Source of the DNA: Camelus dromedarius
Taxonomy: Eukaryota
Direction: 5' to 3'
Assembly: GCF_036321535.1 (NCBI RefSeq)
Contig: NC_087437.1
Coordinates: 34,784,001-34,848,000 of the forward strand
DNA length: 64,000 nt
Part shown: in pieces, positions 36,850 to 50,401 of the stretch
Position numbering within the stretch: the stretch's first letter is position 1
How the letters are laid out: each line of letters begins with the position of its first letter
Notes under the pieces: model-generated
What the model was told of the DNA's origin: nothing
The model's database searches: none
Seen by the model: only the letters and a program-made list of their open reading frames with translations
Made by a program: the position numbers and the translations under genes

Positions 36850-39391
36850 GTGAGCCATTTCTTTTGATACTCAAAGGCATTTTTTGAACTCAGGGATTCA
36901 GGAACTGAAGTTTGAACTTACCCTGCTCTACAAAGTGCTTCAACATTATGGTGTTTTTACACAGAGTTTCAAGATTAAAGTGCTTGACCAAACAGGATAG
37001 AGTAACATCCGATCATCTGTAATGAGGAAAAATAGCTGTCATGCGTGTTGGTTGGGTATCAGGGATGTCCATCTATAGCTTCATGGACAACAAGGGTTTT
37101 TACTGGTGTTTTCCTACTACGACTGTATTGTTCCCATAGTGATAACCTCATCCTTTGCGTCTCCATTACATTTGGCAGAATATAAGAGATCTGAGTAAAG
37201 ATGAATGTGATTGAGTGTGTTCTTGGGAGGAGTGGACCTCACTGTCAGAGTGATGAGATTTACAGTGAGGCTGTATTGTGTTTCTGATGGAGAGAGTTGA
37301 GGGGTGGCCAGGCGGAACCCCAGACCTCAGCCCCAGCCATCTCGCACTGCCGGAGGTTCTCTGAAGTGCTGCCCTTCCTCGCACATGCACGCTGTTCATT
37401 GTTGCTGGGCTGTGTGGAAGGCCTGCCTCTGAAGGGTTAGCCTCAGCCACTTGCATGTGAGTTTTCATTTTATCCCTCTGACCTATGGCTTGGACTAAAA
37501 GAAAGCTCCCCGGGCTGTACTCCTTTCACTCAGTCCAGTCTTTCACTTTTTAGCCTTAGGTTCTTGCCAACCCTATGATATGGGAACAACAAACCCCAGG
37601 GGGACAGAGAAGGGTGAACTAGCATTACTTCCTAGTCTGGGCCTTCACAGGGCAGGGGTCCTTCCAACCAAGAGGCAGCCTTAGTCTACATGGGAGGAGG
37701 CATTTCAGAGGAGGACCGGCAACCTCTATAGACTAATAGAGGAATCCCAAAGGAGCATGCAGAGTGGACCAAGAACTTTGATCTGTGCCACTTCCTAACA
37801 TGTGGACCATTTGGCTTCGACCCCATACCAATACTAATTCTGCTTCTTGAGATGGGGAAGGAGGAGTCTTGAACCCCTGAGGATTGTTTGTATGTCTGCA
37901 CTCAGGAAGGAGAGCCGAGAAGCCGATAGAAAAGACTTCTCAGTGTATGAGATTAATCTGTGTTCAGTCAGAGGCAGTAGTGAGAAGGGACAGTTGGGAC
38001 TGAAAACGCTGAGGAAGACCTGGATAATGATGTGTGCAAAGTCATAGGATGTGTGGCTTTGCTAAAGCTAGAATCACACACCTGGAAAGTTGGATGGAAT
38101 TTAGAGATCACCTGGGGTATTTCATTTTAAAGCTTCCTCCTGGGCCCAGGGCAAACCTGGCTCTCAGCTTTTCCTAAAGTAGTGCTTCAGTCAGGCAAAT
38201 TGTTACGCAGGGTTGGATCTATTTGTCATCTCTGAGCAAATCCATGCCTCTCCACCCCTTATTTGTTAGGAAATAATTCTTTATAATTGTTGGTGTTGTG
38301 TTTTCAAAGAGCTTCCCCTTATCTTGACTTTTAACCCTACCCATGAATTGCGAAGGACGAAATTGAGGCACTCAGAGTATAGCCTTGTTCAGGGTCGGCG
38401 CTCTAGAAATCACCACGGAGCTACCTTCTGTCGACAGGATTCTGCACTGGGAGAGCAAACTCTTAAAAGTAGGGGAGAAGATATTAAGAGGCACTTGTCT
38501 GAGGGATGCTGAAGACACTTCCTTTCCTCTGCTGAGACCTGAAACTTCACCAGTTTCACCAATTCACATCCCTGAGTCCCCTGTGACCTTCTGTAAGAAT
38601 GCGACTATCCATTGCTGGAGAGTTGTTTGCTCCAGCTGAAATGTGTCATATAGAAATTGTTGAAGAGGTGTTAATTATAGCAGATTGGCTGATAGCTTGA
38701 TGTACTAATGATTGTGACAGTTATTAAGAATTTATGAAATTCAGGGCACTGCTATAGGAGCTATGAGGGATAGAATGTGAAATAATAAATGATCCCTTCC
38801 CCAAAGGTTTTATAATGTAGTGGGAAACCTAGCAGAGAGAGAGAGAGGGAGATCTGGGAAACAGAATGGCTGTGGGAAATAAAGAAGAATGAAACAAATA
38901 ACCCTAAGTTTTCTTCTGTGAAAGTTGGACTTGATAACCATTTTGAGATGTTTATTTGGTAGCATTACATGCTGTGATAGGGTAACTTGAATATGAAACA
39001 GGTTTTCAGGGGACAGATTGAGATGTTTAGTGGGATATCCTGTAGCTAAGATGTTCTGTGGATAACATATGAATGTTCCAGACAAATGACTTATGAATTT
39101 TTCAAAATAGATGAGATATCCCTAGGCTGTGTTTAAAAGGAAGAACAGAGGTCCAAATAAGAGTACACAGAGTTCTTGGCCCTTCAACAGCTCGTAGAGT
39201 TGGATTAATGAGTTTTGAAGGAGATGATGTAGAAAAAGTGAAATTATGAGGTTGCAAAATTGATGAATTCTGTGTGCCAGACAAGTGTAGGGAGCCTACG
39301 CTGTCTAGGAATAGGCAGTGAACCATGTTGTCAGAGGCTGAGGAAAATAGGATTTCAGTAACGTTTTTTACTTTTGTTAACATGAAACATT

Positions 39392-40275
39392 TTAAAATCA
39401 ACTTTATTGAGGTATGATGTATCTACAATAAAACAAACCCGTTTTAAGTATACTTCAGTGAGATTTGCTAAATTTCTGTAGTTGTGTGATCACAACCACA
39501 ATCAAGATACAGAACATTTCGTCACTCCAAGAGTTCCCTTGTGCCCCTTCCCGGTTGTTTTCTACCCTGACTCTTGGCCTCAGGCGACTGCTGATATACT
39601 TTCTGTTCCTACGGATTAGATTTGTCTTTTCTAGAATTTCATCTGAATAGAATTGTACAGTACATACTCTTTTATGTCTGGCTTGTTTTTGCTCTGCATG
39701 TTCTGAGATTCATCCATGTTGTTCTGTGTAGCAGGAGTTCACTCCTTTTCACTTCTGATTAGTATGTATCCATTCAGCTGTCCACGAATATTTGGGTTGT
39801 TTCCAGTGTTTGATACCATTAATAAAGCTGCTATGAACATTCATGTACAAATTATTGATTGGGAATATTTTCATTTTTCTTGGGTGGATACCTAGGAGTG
39901 GAATTGCTAGCTTGTATATTAAGTCCATGTCTACCTTTATAAGAAACTGATGAACTATTTTCCAAAATGGTTGTACCATTTTTCCTTCCAGCAGCGAATG
40001 AGAGTCCAAGTTCTTCCACATCTTTGCCAACACTTGCATGGTCATTCTTTTTAAATTTTAGTCAGTCTAATAGGTGTGTAGTGGTATACTATTGTGGTTT
40101 TAATTTGTTTTTCCCCGAAGACTAATAATGTGCTTTTTGGCCATTTATGTATCTTCTTTTTGTGAAGTGCTCAAGTCTTTGGTCATTTTTTTATTTTGCC
40201 TTTAGCTTTATTATTGAGTTGTAATGGTTCTTTATATATTCTGGATATAAATTCTTTATTAGATATTGTAAATAT
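39392..40275 (-). mobile_element. L1MB7/L1MB8-like 3' end
   Basis: 'actttattgaggtat...accacaatcaagatacagaacattt...'; ORF 39749-40045 (-) carries L1 ORF2 C-terminal text 'KMVQPFWK..AIPLLGIHP..WKQPK'. Confidence 0.92.
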
Positions 40276-41629
40276 TTAAACTAATTTTTGATTACTCGAA
40301 ATTACTGCAAATCTTGCCACAGTAGTGATCTCAATGCGTAATTGAAGTAAAAACAATGGTCTAGATGCTAAAATGTAACACATCCACTATGATGTAGCTC
40401 ATTTGAGTATAATAGAAAAATATAGATTAAAAATACTCCTTTTAGTCATCTTCAATTTTCATGATCTCGGATTTCAAACAAGAAGCCTGCTTGCCTGTCT
40501 CTTTTCAGTACACTCTGAAATCCACCTTTATTTTTTTTTAAGTATATTTTTTTAGACAGCTGCCAGTTGAGTTCCAATTTCACATTCCAGTTTTTTTCTG
40601 GCAACACCTTTGAGAGACATATGCTTCCAACTTCAGCTCCTGCTTTTTGCTCCATATGCTTCATGTTCCATTTCTAGGTATCAGAAAGGCATTTGGGCTG
40701 GATATCTGCATGATTAAGTTCATGGAAGTTACTGGAGGAATCAGGCCCTCCAAATAGAAGGGAAAAGAGAACTTGACCACTACCAATTTTGAAAAAGTGA
40801 CTTAGAAGTGTACAACACCCTTTCTGTCCATGATTTTCCTGTTTAAGCTGTAGGAACACTTGCTCATCAGCTGTTTCTTGTGCCGTCTCTGTGCGTTGTT
40901 CTAAGCTTAACCTCGTTAGGAGAACACAGACTCAATTCCCAAGAGCTTACTTAAAGAACAGGTGCTGAGGACAAGAGACGGAATTAGGATTCTTGAATGC
41001 TTCTAATGCCATTCGTTTCTGTTCCTGTACAACTTCTCGCCATCTGCTGTTGTTGACTTAGAACTTACATGACAGTATGTGGTTCAGTGACATTGAGTAG
41101 GCATTCTGCAAATGGGTTAGTGCGAGAAATTTGGTCTTACAATCCCACTGTTGCTTAAAGGTATTAAAGAAATCTCCCAATCTACTGGCATTATAAATAG
41201 CCTGTTCTAGCTAGATTCATCTAAACTTACATTGTTATGTAAGCTATAGAGTGATGGATGAGTGAAAGTGTTTTCTTCTTTTAGAAATTGTTGACCTTCC
41301 TAGAAATGGCATTTCTGGCCTTGATTACTCTGAATATAACTAATCAATGGACAGTAAACAGAGTGGTCTCTGGACAACTAAAATAGATATCATAAGGTCT
41401 TTTCCTTCTATCTCATGTACTTTAGGCAGAATTCCTCCAGCTTCACTCAGAGCTTGTGTATTCTTATGTTGGACATGATTTTCACAAGTCTGGTTATCTG
41501 GTTTCCTTGTCCTCAGTTATTAAAAGCAAAAAGGTAGGTGGGGTGGAGAAGGACTCCTCTATGCAGAACCATTGATAGCAGATCAGAGAAAGAGACCACC
41601 ATATTTAAAAAAAAAAGGATATAATTTCA

Positions 41630-41760
41630 GGGGCAGGTATAGCTCAGTGGTAGAGTACATGATTAGCATGCATGAGGTCCTGGGCTCAATCTCCAGAACT
41701 TCCATTAAAATAAATAAATAAGTAAATAAATAAATAAACCTAACTATCCCCCACCCCCCC
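41630..41760 (+). mobile_element. tRNA-Ala-derived camelid SINE (Vic-1 type) with TSD
   Basis: GGGGCAGGTATAGCTCAGTGGTAGAG...GAGGTCCTGGGCTCAATCTCCAG, (TAAA)n tail; TSD aaaaaaggatat(a/g)atttca at 41611-41629 and 41761-41779. Confidence 0.95.
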
Positions 41761-42169
41761 AAAAAAGGATATGATTTCAAAGCCAAGGCCAATTTGGCAT
41801 CAAATGGTATAGATGTAGCGAATCCCAATGGACCCCGAGTACATCCCTGTGATATAAGGCAAACCAACAACGCGATGGCCCTGAGTTTTAAAGAAAATAT
41901 TAAATTATCATCAGTGTTCCTTTTGTTCTTTGTAATAAAATTCTAAGTAGATTTCAAACCAAAATCAAAAACAAAAGTGAAAAGTCGTTACACCTCAAGA
42001 TTTAAGGCCTTTGACCATCAGGAAAACTTTCTCCTGTTCCCTGTCTTGATGCCTCTGTGCTCTCCCTCCACTCCCCTGCACATACACACACATGCACACT
42101 AACTCCTTTGCGAAGGGCAATTTCCCTAGGAAAAATTCGTTAGCTGCCCCTTCTTCGAGTGTCCTTTGC

Positions 42170-42362
42170 TTGTATGTATTCTCATGATGTTCACAACCCT
42201 GTATGGTAATTGCCTGTTTACTCGCTCATCTTTCCCACCAGACCAAAAGCTGCTCACTGCTGTCTGTATATGCCTAGCACTTAGCACAGTAGTACCAGCA
42301 CACAATAGATGCTTAACAAATAGTTCTTGAATGAATGAATGGCTGAATAAACGTGAATGAAT
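42170..42362 (+). mobile_element. L2 3' end
   Basis: 'cctagcacttagcacagt...agatgcttaacaaatagttcttgaatgaatgaat'. Confidence 0.8.
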
Positions 42363-43804
42363 CCAGAATAACTTCTAGGTAGCCAAGATTTGTCTGTACA
42401 GTACTTTGGAAAACCAGCATGCCTAAACTTTTTGAAAATATGTGTTCTAATCTGTTTGGAAAGATTTGTTACAAAGCATCACAGCAAATAAAAATTCAGG
42501 GTAGGATCAGGGATGTCTTTCAGATGTGAAAAACAAACCTGAATTTAAAAGGTGGTACTATGCATAAATATTCTAACATAACAGAAGAGTTACGGATTAA
42601 ACGTATCTTTCCTCAACAATTTTTTGTTATTAAAAATATCTACATCAAATCGCACAATTGGATAGGCTACCTTTCTATAATTTAAAAAATATTTTGGAAA
42701 ATGATACTTTAAGAATCATGAATAGCTCACCATTGACTTGGCCAAAGAGAACAATAAGAAATGTGTTATTTTATATAGTTCTAGTAATTAATCAAATGCT
42801 GTTGTCTGGAATAATTTGAGTCCAGAAAAGACACAAAACTCATTACTAACAAGTTTGCTAATGATCAAAAATTAGATGGTGGTAGATAACATTAGGCGAT
42901 AGTATTGAATTTCGAAATGCCATGTTGAAGTTATTAGACCTGGAAGCCCAGTGATACATACAAATGAAGAGGGACTGAGTTTAGTGTGGTGCTAGGAATA
43001 CAACAGATTACCAAGAAGGGTTCTTAAACCCTGGATGGTTAATGAAAGAGATTGTGAAATCTTCTCAAAGTAGGATAATGTCTTCGAAATTCCCTTTATT
43101 TGTATGAGTAAGAATCAGAACCACCAGTGCTATTTAGTTTTAGAATAAAATTGGTGAAACCTACTAAGTACAGGAAGAGTCAGGTTAGACTGGATATTTT
43201 TAGGGCCAGCTCTGTGCACCCTTGGATTCAGCAGGACTGACCGAGAAACCTTTTCTGAGAGTTCATTTCCCCTCCATGTGACAACTATGTTCTTTCACTT
43301 TTTCATTTATCTGAGGTTGTAATTGAGGTATTTAAGAACTAGGCTTTCTTCCAAAATGAGATATTTGGCTGTGACCATTTTGACAGTGTTGTCTTCAAGA
43401 TAAAAAGGCACACTTAAAAAAAATAAATAAATAACCAATGAATATAATAGGTCTACCTGGTCCTTACCCTCATCCGTGCACAGTAGGTGCCCTCACAGGC
43501 TCAGGGATGGAGAAGGCTCTCAGAAAGGGAGAGGGTGTCTGTTATACGTGTTGTTTACTTGTTATACAAAAACTAAATGTTTAATAGTTTGTTTTCAGAC
43601 TGAAGAAAAATTTTCCGCTGTCAGAAATAGCTGCATCCAAATGTCATATATCTGCTTTTTCCTGTTTTGTGTTAGAACATTAACACGTGAGTAGCTGGTG
43701 TGAATTACTCTATAAAGCCCAGGCTCAAGAAAACATCACTTGTCTTTATTTTTATCACTCCAGTTAAATCGATTTTTGAGCCCTTCTTGTCAGGGCTGGT
43801 GAGG

Positions 43805-43980
43805 ACACACACACACACACACACACACACCCACCACACACACACCACACACACCACACACACACCACACACACACCACACACACACCACACACCACACA
43901 CACACACACACACCACACACACCACACACCACACACACACCACACCACACCACACCACACACACACACACACACACACAC
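43805..43980. repeat. 176-bp A/C-only complex microsatellite, (CA)n interrupted by CC
   Basis: Directly visible; explains the His/Thr- and Cys/Val-rich ORFs at 43700-44089. Confidence 0.97.
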
Positions 43981-46900
43981 TGTCCTGGCCTCCCAGGGCT
44001 TAAATGGTCCTGAGAACACAAGGAGAGCTCTGGTCCTGAGCCGTCGTCCTGGTCACCGTGGCTGCTTCTGTCTACTTTGCCAAGGCTGAAATGTCACTCC
44101 ACTGCTCTGGTGTGAGGGTCTTCTCTGCAGTGCCTGCCCATGGTCCTTGTCCCTGCAGGCAGGCTCTGTGCTGCCAGCCAAGGGCAGCATGCTCCAGGGC
44201 CAGCCAATGTCTACACCCTTTTGTGGTCACCCTGCTCAGAGGACTGCCATCTCTGAGAGTTCTATGGAAATAAGGGCCACAGGCCCCCCAGACTCGACTT
44301 GAGGGACCCACTGCACCCCCACCCTGCCCCTCTCCCTTCCCAGCTCCTCCTGCCTCAACTCTGGAAGGAATTCCCTTGGCCTTTTCTTTCACAATGAGGC
44401 TTATGACTCATCTGGAAGCTCTAAATAGATAAAACTCTAGGATTATGAAAGCCTATTTACGTATGTTAGAAGGTCTGAGTTTTTAGTAATACACTATGTG
44501 GTCTCCCATCCCTCAGGGATGAACTACATATTTTGTTGAGACAGCTGAAACCCAGCAATTGCATTTATGCATTTAGTTTTCATATCCTACCACATTAAAT
44601 CCTCAGCCACCCACATTCCCCCAAGTGTTTGCAAGGCTAATCATTCATGCTCTACAGCTGAAGAATTTAGGTTCTTATATGGCTGTCACATAATCTTAAA
44701 ATCTAACCCCAGAAACCTTTCTCTCTCTCCCCTCCTCTCCCCCTCTCCCTCTGTCTCTCTCATTCCCAGCCTGCCCCCCAAACACAATTTTTAAAGATCT
44801 GGAGAATATTTGTTTTGGACAATCTCTTAGCAATGAAAGGGCAGTAGTGAGAAAACCTTTCTCTCAGAATGCTAATGTCATAAAGTTATCCTACTCATCC
44901 CCCAAACCTTCTTCATACACTAGAAGCTGATTATAACACAGCCCAGAAGTCTTCATCATCCACCAGATTCATTACTTGCATCTTTTTGATTCCTGTTATG
45001 TAAGTGACTCTCCCCTCTTAAGTCTGAAGAACTAGATGGGCTCATATGTTCTTTCATAGTCTTAGGACCAGACAAGTCTGACAGATACTTAAAATGGTAT
45101 CAATTGAATTTGCATATCTCAGTATCTGCCTTGAAGTCACCTCTTGTGAAGTCATGGTTCCCACAGCAGTAAAAACCCAAAGAATTTTTGCATTTTTGGT
45201 ACTTACAGATAAGCAAACGTAACTTTCATTTTTTGAGAACCATCTATACGTCCGGTTCTGTACTAGGCAAAAGGGGTACAATCATAGTCAAGACAGGCGT
45301 GGCTTCTCTCCCCATAGAACTTGTGATGAAGGGAGGCTGAGCATATAATGTGGGGAATACAAGGACAGGTGTTTATCTGTTGGGCCTGATTTGCCAATAA
45401 ATAAACTGATAGACAGTGAATAAACTGCAAAGGTACTAATTTTTTCCCCTTCTCTGGAGTGAAGCTAATGCCTATTCAGTGGAGTTGCTATAAAATTAAC
45501 GTGGAGATTTTTACTAGCAAAGTAACTTGAACTTGTATCTCGTTATATCAGGAGTAACCTCATGAAACAAAAGGAAAGTTTCTCTTCTAAAAGCAATCGA
45601 TTTATTCCCTACTCACTGATGAGCTTTATTTTAAAATGAAGTTACTCTGCCTTTTAAGATCTCACATTAGATACCACAATAAAACTTGATCATAAGGAGT
45701 TTGGGCAGCTCTCCTTGAAGTCAGTCAGGAAATTGGAATGAGTCACATATTACAGAAACCAGTTAGGCTGATTCCTGCCTTATTTCCACTTGAAGATATT
45801 TTTTGAATGAATATTTTATTGTCCTGAAAGAGCTTCATGAAAACCATATGTTTTATTTCCTGATTCTCCAGAATGGGCTTTAGAAATCAGTCAAGATGAC
45901 TTAGAAAACATGACCTTATTTTAGCAAGTTTTAGGTCACTGAATGGTGTATGCACCTGGTTTATTAAGTGGGTTTAACTCATGGCAACACTTGGGAAATA
46001 GCTTTATTCTCTCACCACTGCCCTCAAGTCACGTCACATCAAAGAATATTGAACTGGGTGGAACAAAGGAATATTAAATAGAATATTAAATAGAAAAGTA
46101 GTTAGCTATACTTCAATTAAAAAAAGTAGTTAGCCATAAGAAAATACCAGTGTCCTCTTTAATCATCTTCACTTTTAAATGAATATTGTGATTAAGTTGG
46201 AAATTCAGACAGTATAGGGGTTTACTTGTGTTTGCTATGACCCCAGAATGAGTCTCTGCTGAGCAAAATAGGCTTTTTCATCAAAGCTTGTAGGGTGTGT
46301 TTGAACCTTTGAGCATGATAAGGTCTCATGACTGTCTTCTTGGGTTCTGGGACTCTTGACACGTCCACAAGGTGATTTTTTTTTTTCTGCTCAGGGGAAG
46401 CAGGTGGAATTAACAAACTGTTATGTGCCGTTCTTAGGCAATTTAAACCACAGTCTGTGTGCCCCTTTCCCAGAGAATGAGTTATTACTTTAGCAAAGAA
46501 GGTATACGTTTTTCTGCAAATAGCTTGTTAAAAGTCTCTCTTTAGAAATTACATTCACTTGTTTCTGTTTATTTTAGAGAAGAAATTCGTTAAGGTTCAC
46601 AGTCTCTCCCAGAAGACAAAAGAGGATGTGATTGGACATTGCCATTGAGCCATAATTTCTGCCAAAAGGAAAATAACTATCCTCTTTGGAACAGTCAATT
46701 GGTTGCTCCCACAGCACTTGGCTATGAGCTGTGAGCAAAATTCAGCCACATCAGCTTGAAGCCTAGAAATTTTGGATACATTGAAGAATTCAGTCTTTTA
46801 TAGAGGGTTACAAGCAGTGGGTGATAGCTAATATTGTATTCGAGAAGAACATTAAAAACTTTTGACTGTTCTCTGTCTCTGTATATTCTGAAACCTCTAG

Positions 46901-48119
46901 AATCAAAGGAAGGTCCAGCCCAGAGAGGAAGTTATCCCTAGTTTTGGCAAGTTCTGTTAGAGGGAGAGAGAAAATCAAGTCTAACCAGCCAAACCTACCC
47001 TGAAAATGAGAGGGACAACTTCCAGATGTGGAAGTCAGCACTTAGCTATACACTGTTCTTTAGGACAGTATAAAACAGTTTAATGAGCCTTGGGGCTTAA
47101 GTGTTTAAAAAAAATGCATTATCCTCAGGATTGTGGTTCCTAGAAAACAGTTGCTATTTCAAGGCTTGATAGAGGTACTGGCGTATGCCCTCCACAATCT
47201 AAATGTAATGTATAGCACCGCATGGCATATTATACAGCATGGGAACAGTTTAATAGTTAAGCTGACTTCTCCAGATGGGACCAAAATAGGTCAGCTATGA
47301 TATTTTTGCAAAGTGAGCCTTAAATGACAAGCTAAATTCTGACTTATGTCTGATGATATGAAATAATTCACATTTAGATTCCCTTTCAGATATGTTGTCC
47401 TCTGTCAGCTGTTTACTGACATAAAACCTCATTGTGGAAGTGCTGGAGGTTCATTTTTACCTAGCTCAGCAAAGATAAGAGAAATGACTATTCTCTCCTG
47501 TTTGTTTTATATTCTTTGTAAGAATAAACTGTATCTGTCCAAAAACAAACTCAACTTGTAAAATATAGAAAAATCAGGAAGCTACTCTTAATCATTGAAA
47601 TCAGCTCTTAGAATTCTAAATGTGGAAACCACACGTTGTTATCAAACAAGAAGCAGTCGTGACCATTTGCAGCAGCCGCTGTTCCGCCAGTCTGATTTAC
47701 TGGTTCACTAAAACCCCTATTTATAAGTGTCATTTGCATGTGTAAAACTGAATTTCTCATTCCACTTCATGCTGCCAGTCAGTTTTGGAAGTAGGAATCA
47801 TGACATTTTTGAGTGGTTTTTAATTTCTTTAGTATGTGTATGTTATGGAGCACATAGATGGAAACACAGTATAGTTTGACTTTAAGCTAGCCACTTGGTG
47901 ATCAAAACAACAGTTCAGTTGAGTTTGGCATATTGTTCTAATTGGTCATTATTAACAAAATTTGCAGTCTTCAATTTTTACAGCAGTTGAAAAGTGTTTT
48001 AAGAAGGGAGTCCTCGTGTTCTCAGGAGGCTGTTTTGCGTAAACTAGTTCACTATTACTGAAAGTAGAATGCCAAACTCTTTTAATTCATTGTCTCAATA
48101 AGTCCTCACATCTGTACCA

Positions 48120-48350
48120 TTAATAATAAGAATAAAAAATAACTACCTTATGTTTTTAGAGAACCTTAAGGTTGAGTCATACCTGTTAGCTCATGCAGTT
48201 TCCTCAAATAAAAGTGGTGATATAACCGAAGCAGATCTTTTGAAGGAGGAGATTGAAGTCTAGAGAGGTGACTGGTCCAAACCTGAAGAGTTAGTTAAGG
48301 GCAGGGCCAGAGACGGCAGAAACCCGCCTTCTAGTTCTGCTCATTCTGCT
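48120..48350 (-). mobile_element. MIR SINE, degraded
   Basis: 'gaggagattgaagtctagagaggtgactggtccaa...agttagttaagggcagggccaga'. Confidence 0.6.
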
Positions 48351-48804
48351 CTTGGGAAAGAGAGCGGGGAGCTAGCATTCTTTACAGGACAGTCTTGCCA
48401 GGGTCGATGGTGGTCGAAAATGAAGCCTACTCTAGCTGCAAGGCTGGCTCATCTCACAGCCACAGTCGTCTGGATTCAGAAATCCAGCAGCAGGGAATAC
48501 CGCTGACAGCACAAGTGGAGGCAGAGGTGAGGGAAGCAGGGGGAGGGAGATACAGCCTGTAACCAGGAACTTGGAACCAAGGGTCCTGATTGAGAGTCTT
48601 CTTCAGGGACCTGGCGTCAATGTGGCCAGAAAGGCTGGCTCTGTGATTCGTGCCCCTTTGCCCCATCCCTCTGGCTTCCGTTCTCTGCTAATTCATATCA
48701 CAACTCAGATGACTCCCTCTCTTTCTAGAGGACTCCAGCCCAGCGGCACCTCCCTTTTTGACTTCTGAACCGTGATAGGGTGTACCATGCATTTTGAATG
48801 CTTG

Positions 48805-48955
48805 TTTAGAATTCTGGGATTTGGAAACTGAAGTTTACAGACCATCTAGCCAGGCCCTTTGTTCAGAGGTGCAAGGAATGAGCAAACTGACATGCTGGAG
48901 AGGAAACAGCTAATAAATAGGCCTGGAGCCAGAACTGCTTTAGATCTCTTTTCAC
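48805..48955 (-). mobile_element. MIR/MIR3 fragment
   Basis: 'ttagaattctggg...gaccatctagcc...acagctaataaataggcctggagccagaac'. Confidence 0.5.
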
Positions 48956-50022
48956 CACATGACTGCTCTCTGTAGCTCTTTTCAATAAGCGAGACGCCAC
49001 ACCCAGAATTTAAGCGCTTTGCGGGCAAGGATTTCTTAGATCTCCCCATGATAGCTACATAGTGCTGAAAAATTCCACGGTCATGGAAGTGCATACGGAA
49101 TTGACTTTGGAGCAAAAGAATTTGCTACCTCTGCTGGCTGTGGCCCCCTTCATCCAAGTGTGCGGTTATTTATTTCCCTTTGAGAAATCTCTTTCCTGGC
49201 TCTGCTCTGAATGTGCTATGGCAGTGGTGGCTGTGGGTGATGGGTTAAAAAATCAAATACTGATGTCACAGGCCTGTACCCTGGCCATCAGATAGATGGA
49301 CAACATTCTCCTGAGCCCTCCTGACCTATGTTGAACCTTGGATGGGTACAGCAGGAATTAATACAGGGACTTCTTTAAGAGGCAAGTCACTTCTGCTTAT
49401 TTTATTCCAAGTCTATTTCAAGGAAGCTTGTTATAGCCCTATAAATAGTCATTGATCCTCCCAGGGTGCCTCACAGCAAGTATTTCTGTTTTGCAGATGA
49501 ATCAGGAAAGCCGGAGTTGTTAGGTTTTCTACCTGAGGCAAACGGGTTGATGCAGTGTGGGGCAGGAGGCCTTTTTCTGCATCTTTGCCTTTGCCAGGTG
49601 TGTGTACAAGCAACGTCCCATGCCTGAGAGTAAAGCTAGAAAACCCTCACCCGTGTCACCTTAATATATCAACATCAGCGAAGGCCCAGAATCAAAGCCG
49701 GGCTGCGTTATCTCTTCTAACCAGAAGCTCTCCAGCCAGCGTAGTTGGAAAGGCAGAACAATTTCCAGTTGTGTCTTTGAAGTTGTCTGGTGTGATATCA
49801 TAGGTATTTAACATACACTGTGGATATTTTTAAAATAAGGAGAATTATAAAGTGATAAATAGAGGAGCTGTTTGAATAACTACAGTTAAGGCTTAAAAAA
49901 TAACTTACATGAAATTTTGTTTTCTGCCTTTGCTTTGTAGTTGTGTCTGTATTCTGAAGCTGATGAATTTTCTTTTTACATTGGGGATTTATACATGCTG
50001 GTGGCAAAGCTGTTACACTTCT

Positions 50023-50401
50023 TGTGATTTTTACAACTGCTGTGACAAAGTACCACCTACTGGGTGGCTTAAACATCAGAAATTTATTTTCTCACAACTC
50101 TAGAGTCTAGAAAGTCAGAATCGAGGTGTTGACAGGGTTGGTTTCTTCGGCGGCCTCTCTCCTCGGCTTACAGATGATTGTTGTCTTCTCTGTCTTCACG
50201 TGGTCTTCCGTCTGTGTGGATCTGTGTCCTAATCTCTTTTTATAAGGACACCAGTCCTATCAGACTAGTGCCCATCTTAATGACCTAATTTAACTTCATT
50301 GCCTCTTTAAAGGTCTTATCTCTGAATACAGTCACATTCTGACTTACTGAGGGTTAGGATTTCAACATACGAGTTTTGGGGGTTTAGCTCAGTCCATGAC
50401 A
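50023..50401 (-). mobile_element. MaLR solo LTR, MLT1B-like
   Basis: 'acaaagtaccacctactgggtggcttaaacatcagaaatttatt...agggttggtttcttc...ttataaggacaccagtc...acagtcacattctga...tcagtccatgaca'. Confidence 0.92.

Noticed and set aside
37290..37520. CpG island or promoter (also the GC-richer patches near 44000-44370 and 56340-56500)
   Set aside because: These patches are short and have only scattered CpGs, so they are not island-like.
41630..41705. tRNA-Ala gene (also 18480-18553 and 62875-62948)
   Set aside because: The tRNA-like heads are followed by a SINE tail and A-rich end, and two have TSDs. They are SINEs, not tRNA genes.
43700..44089. His/Thr-rich or Cys/Val-rich metal-binding protein ORFs
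   Set aside because: These are translations of the CA/TG microsatellite.
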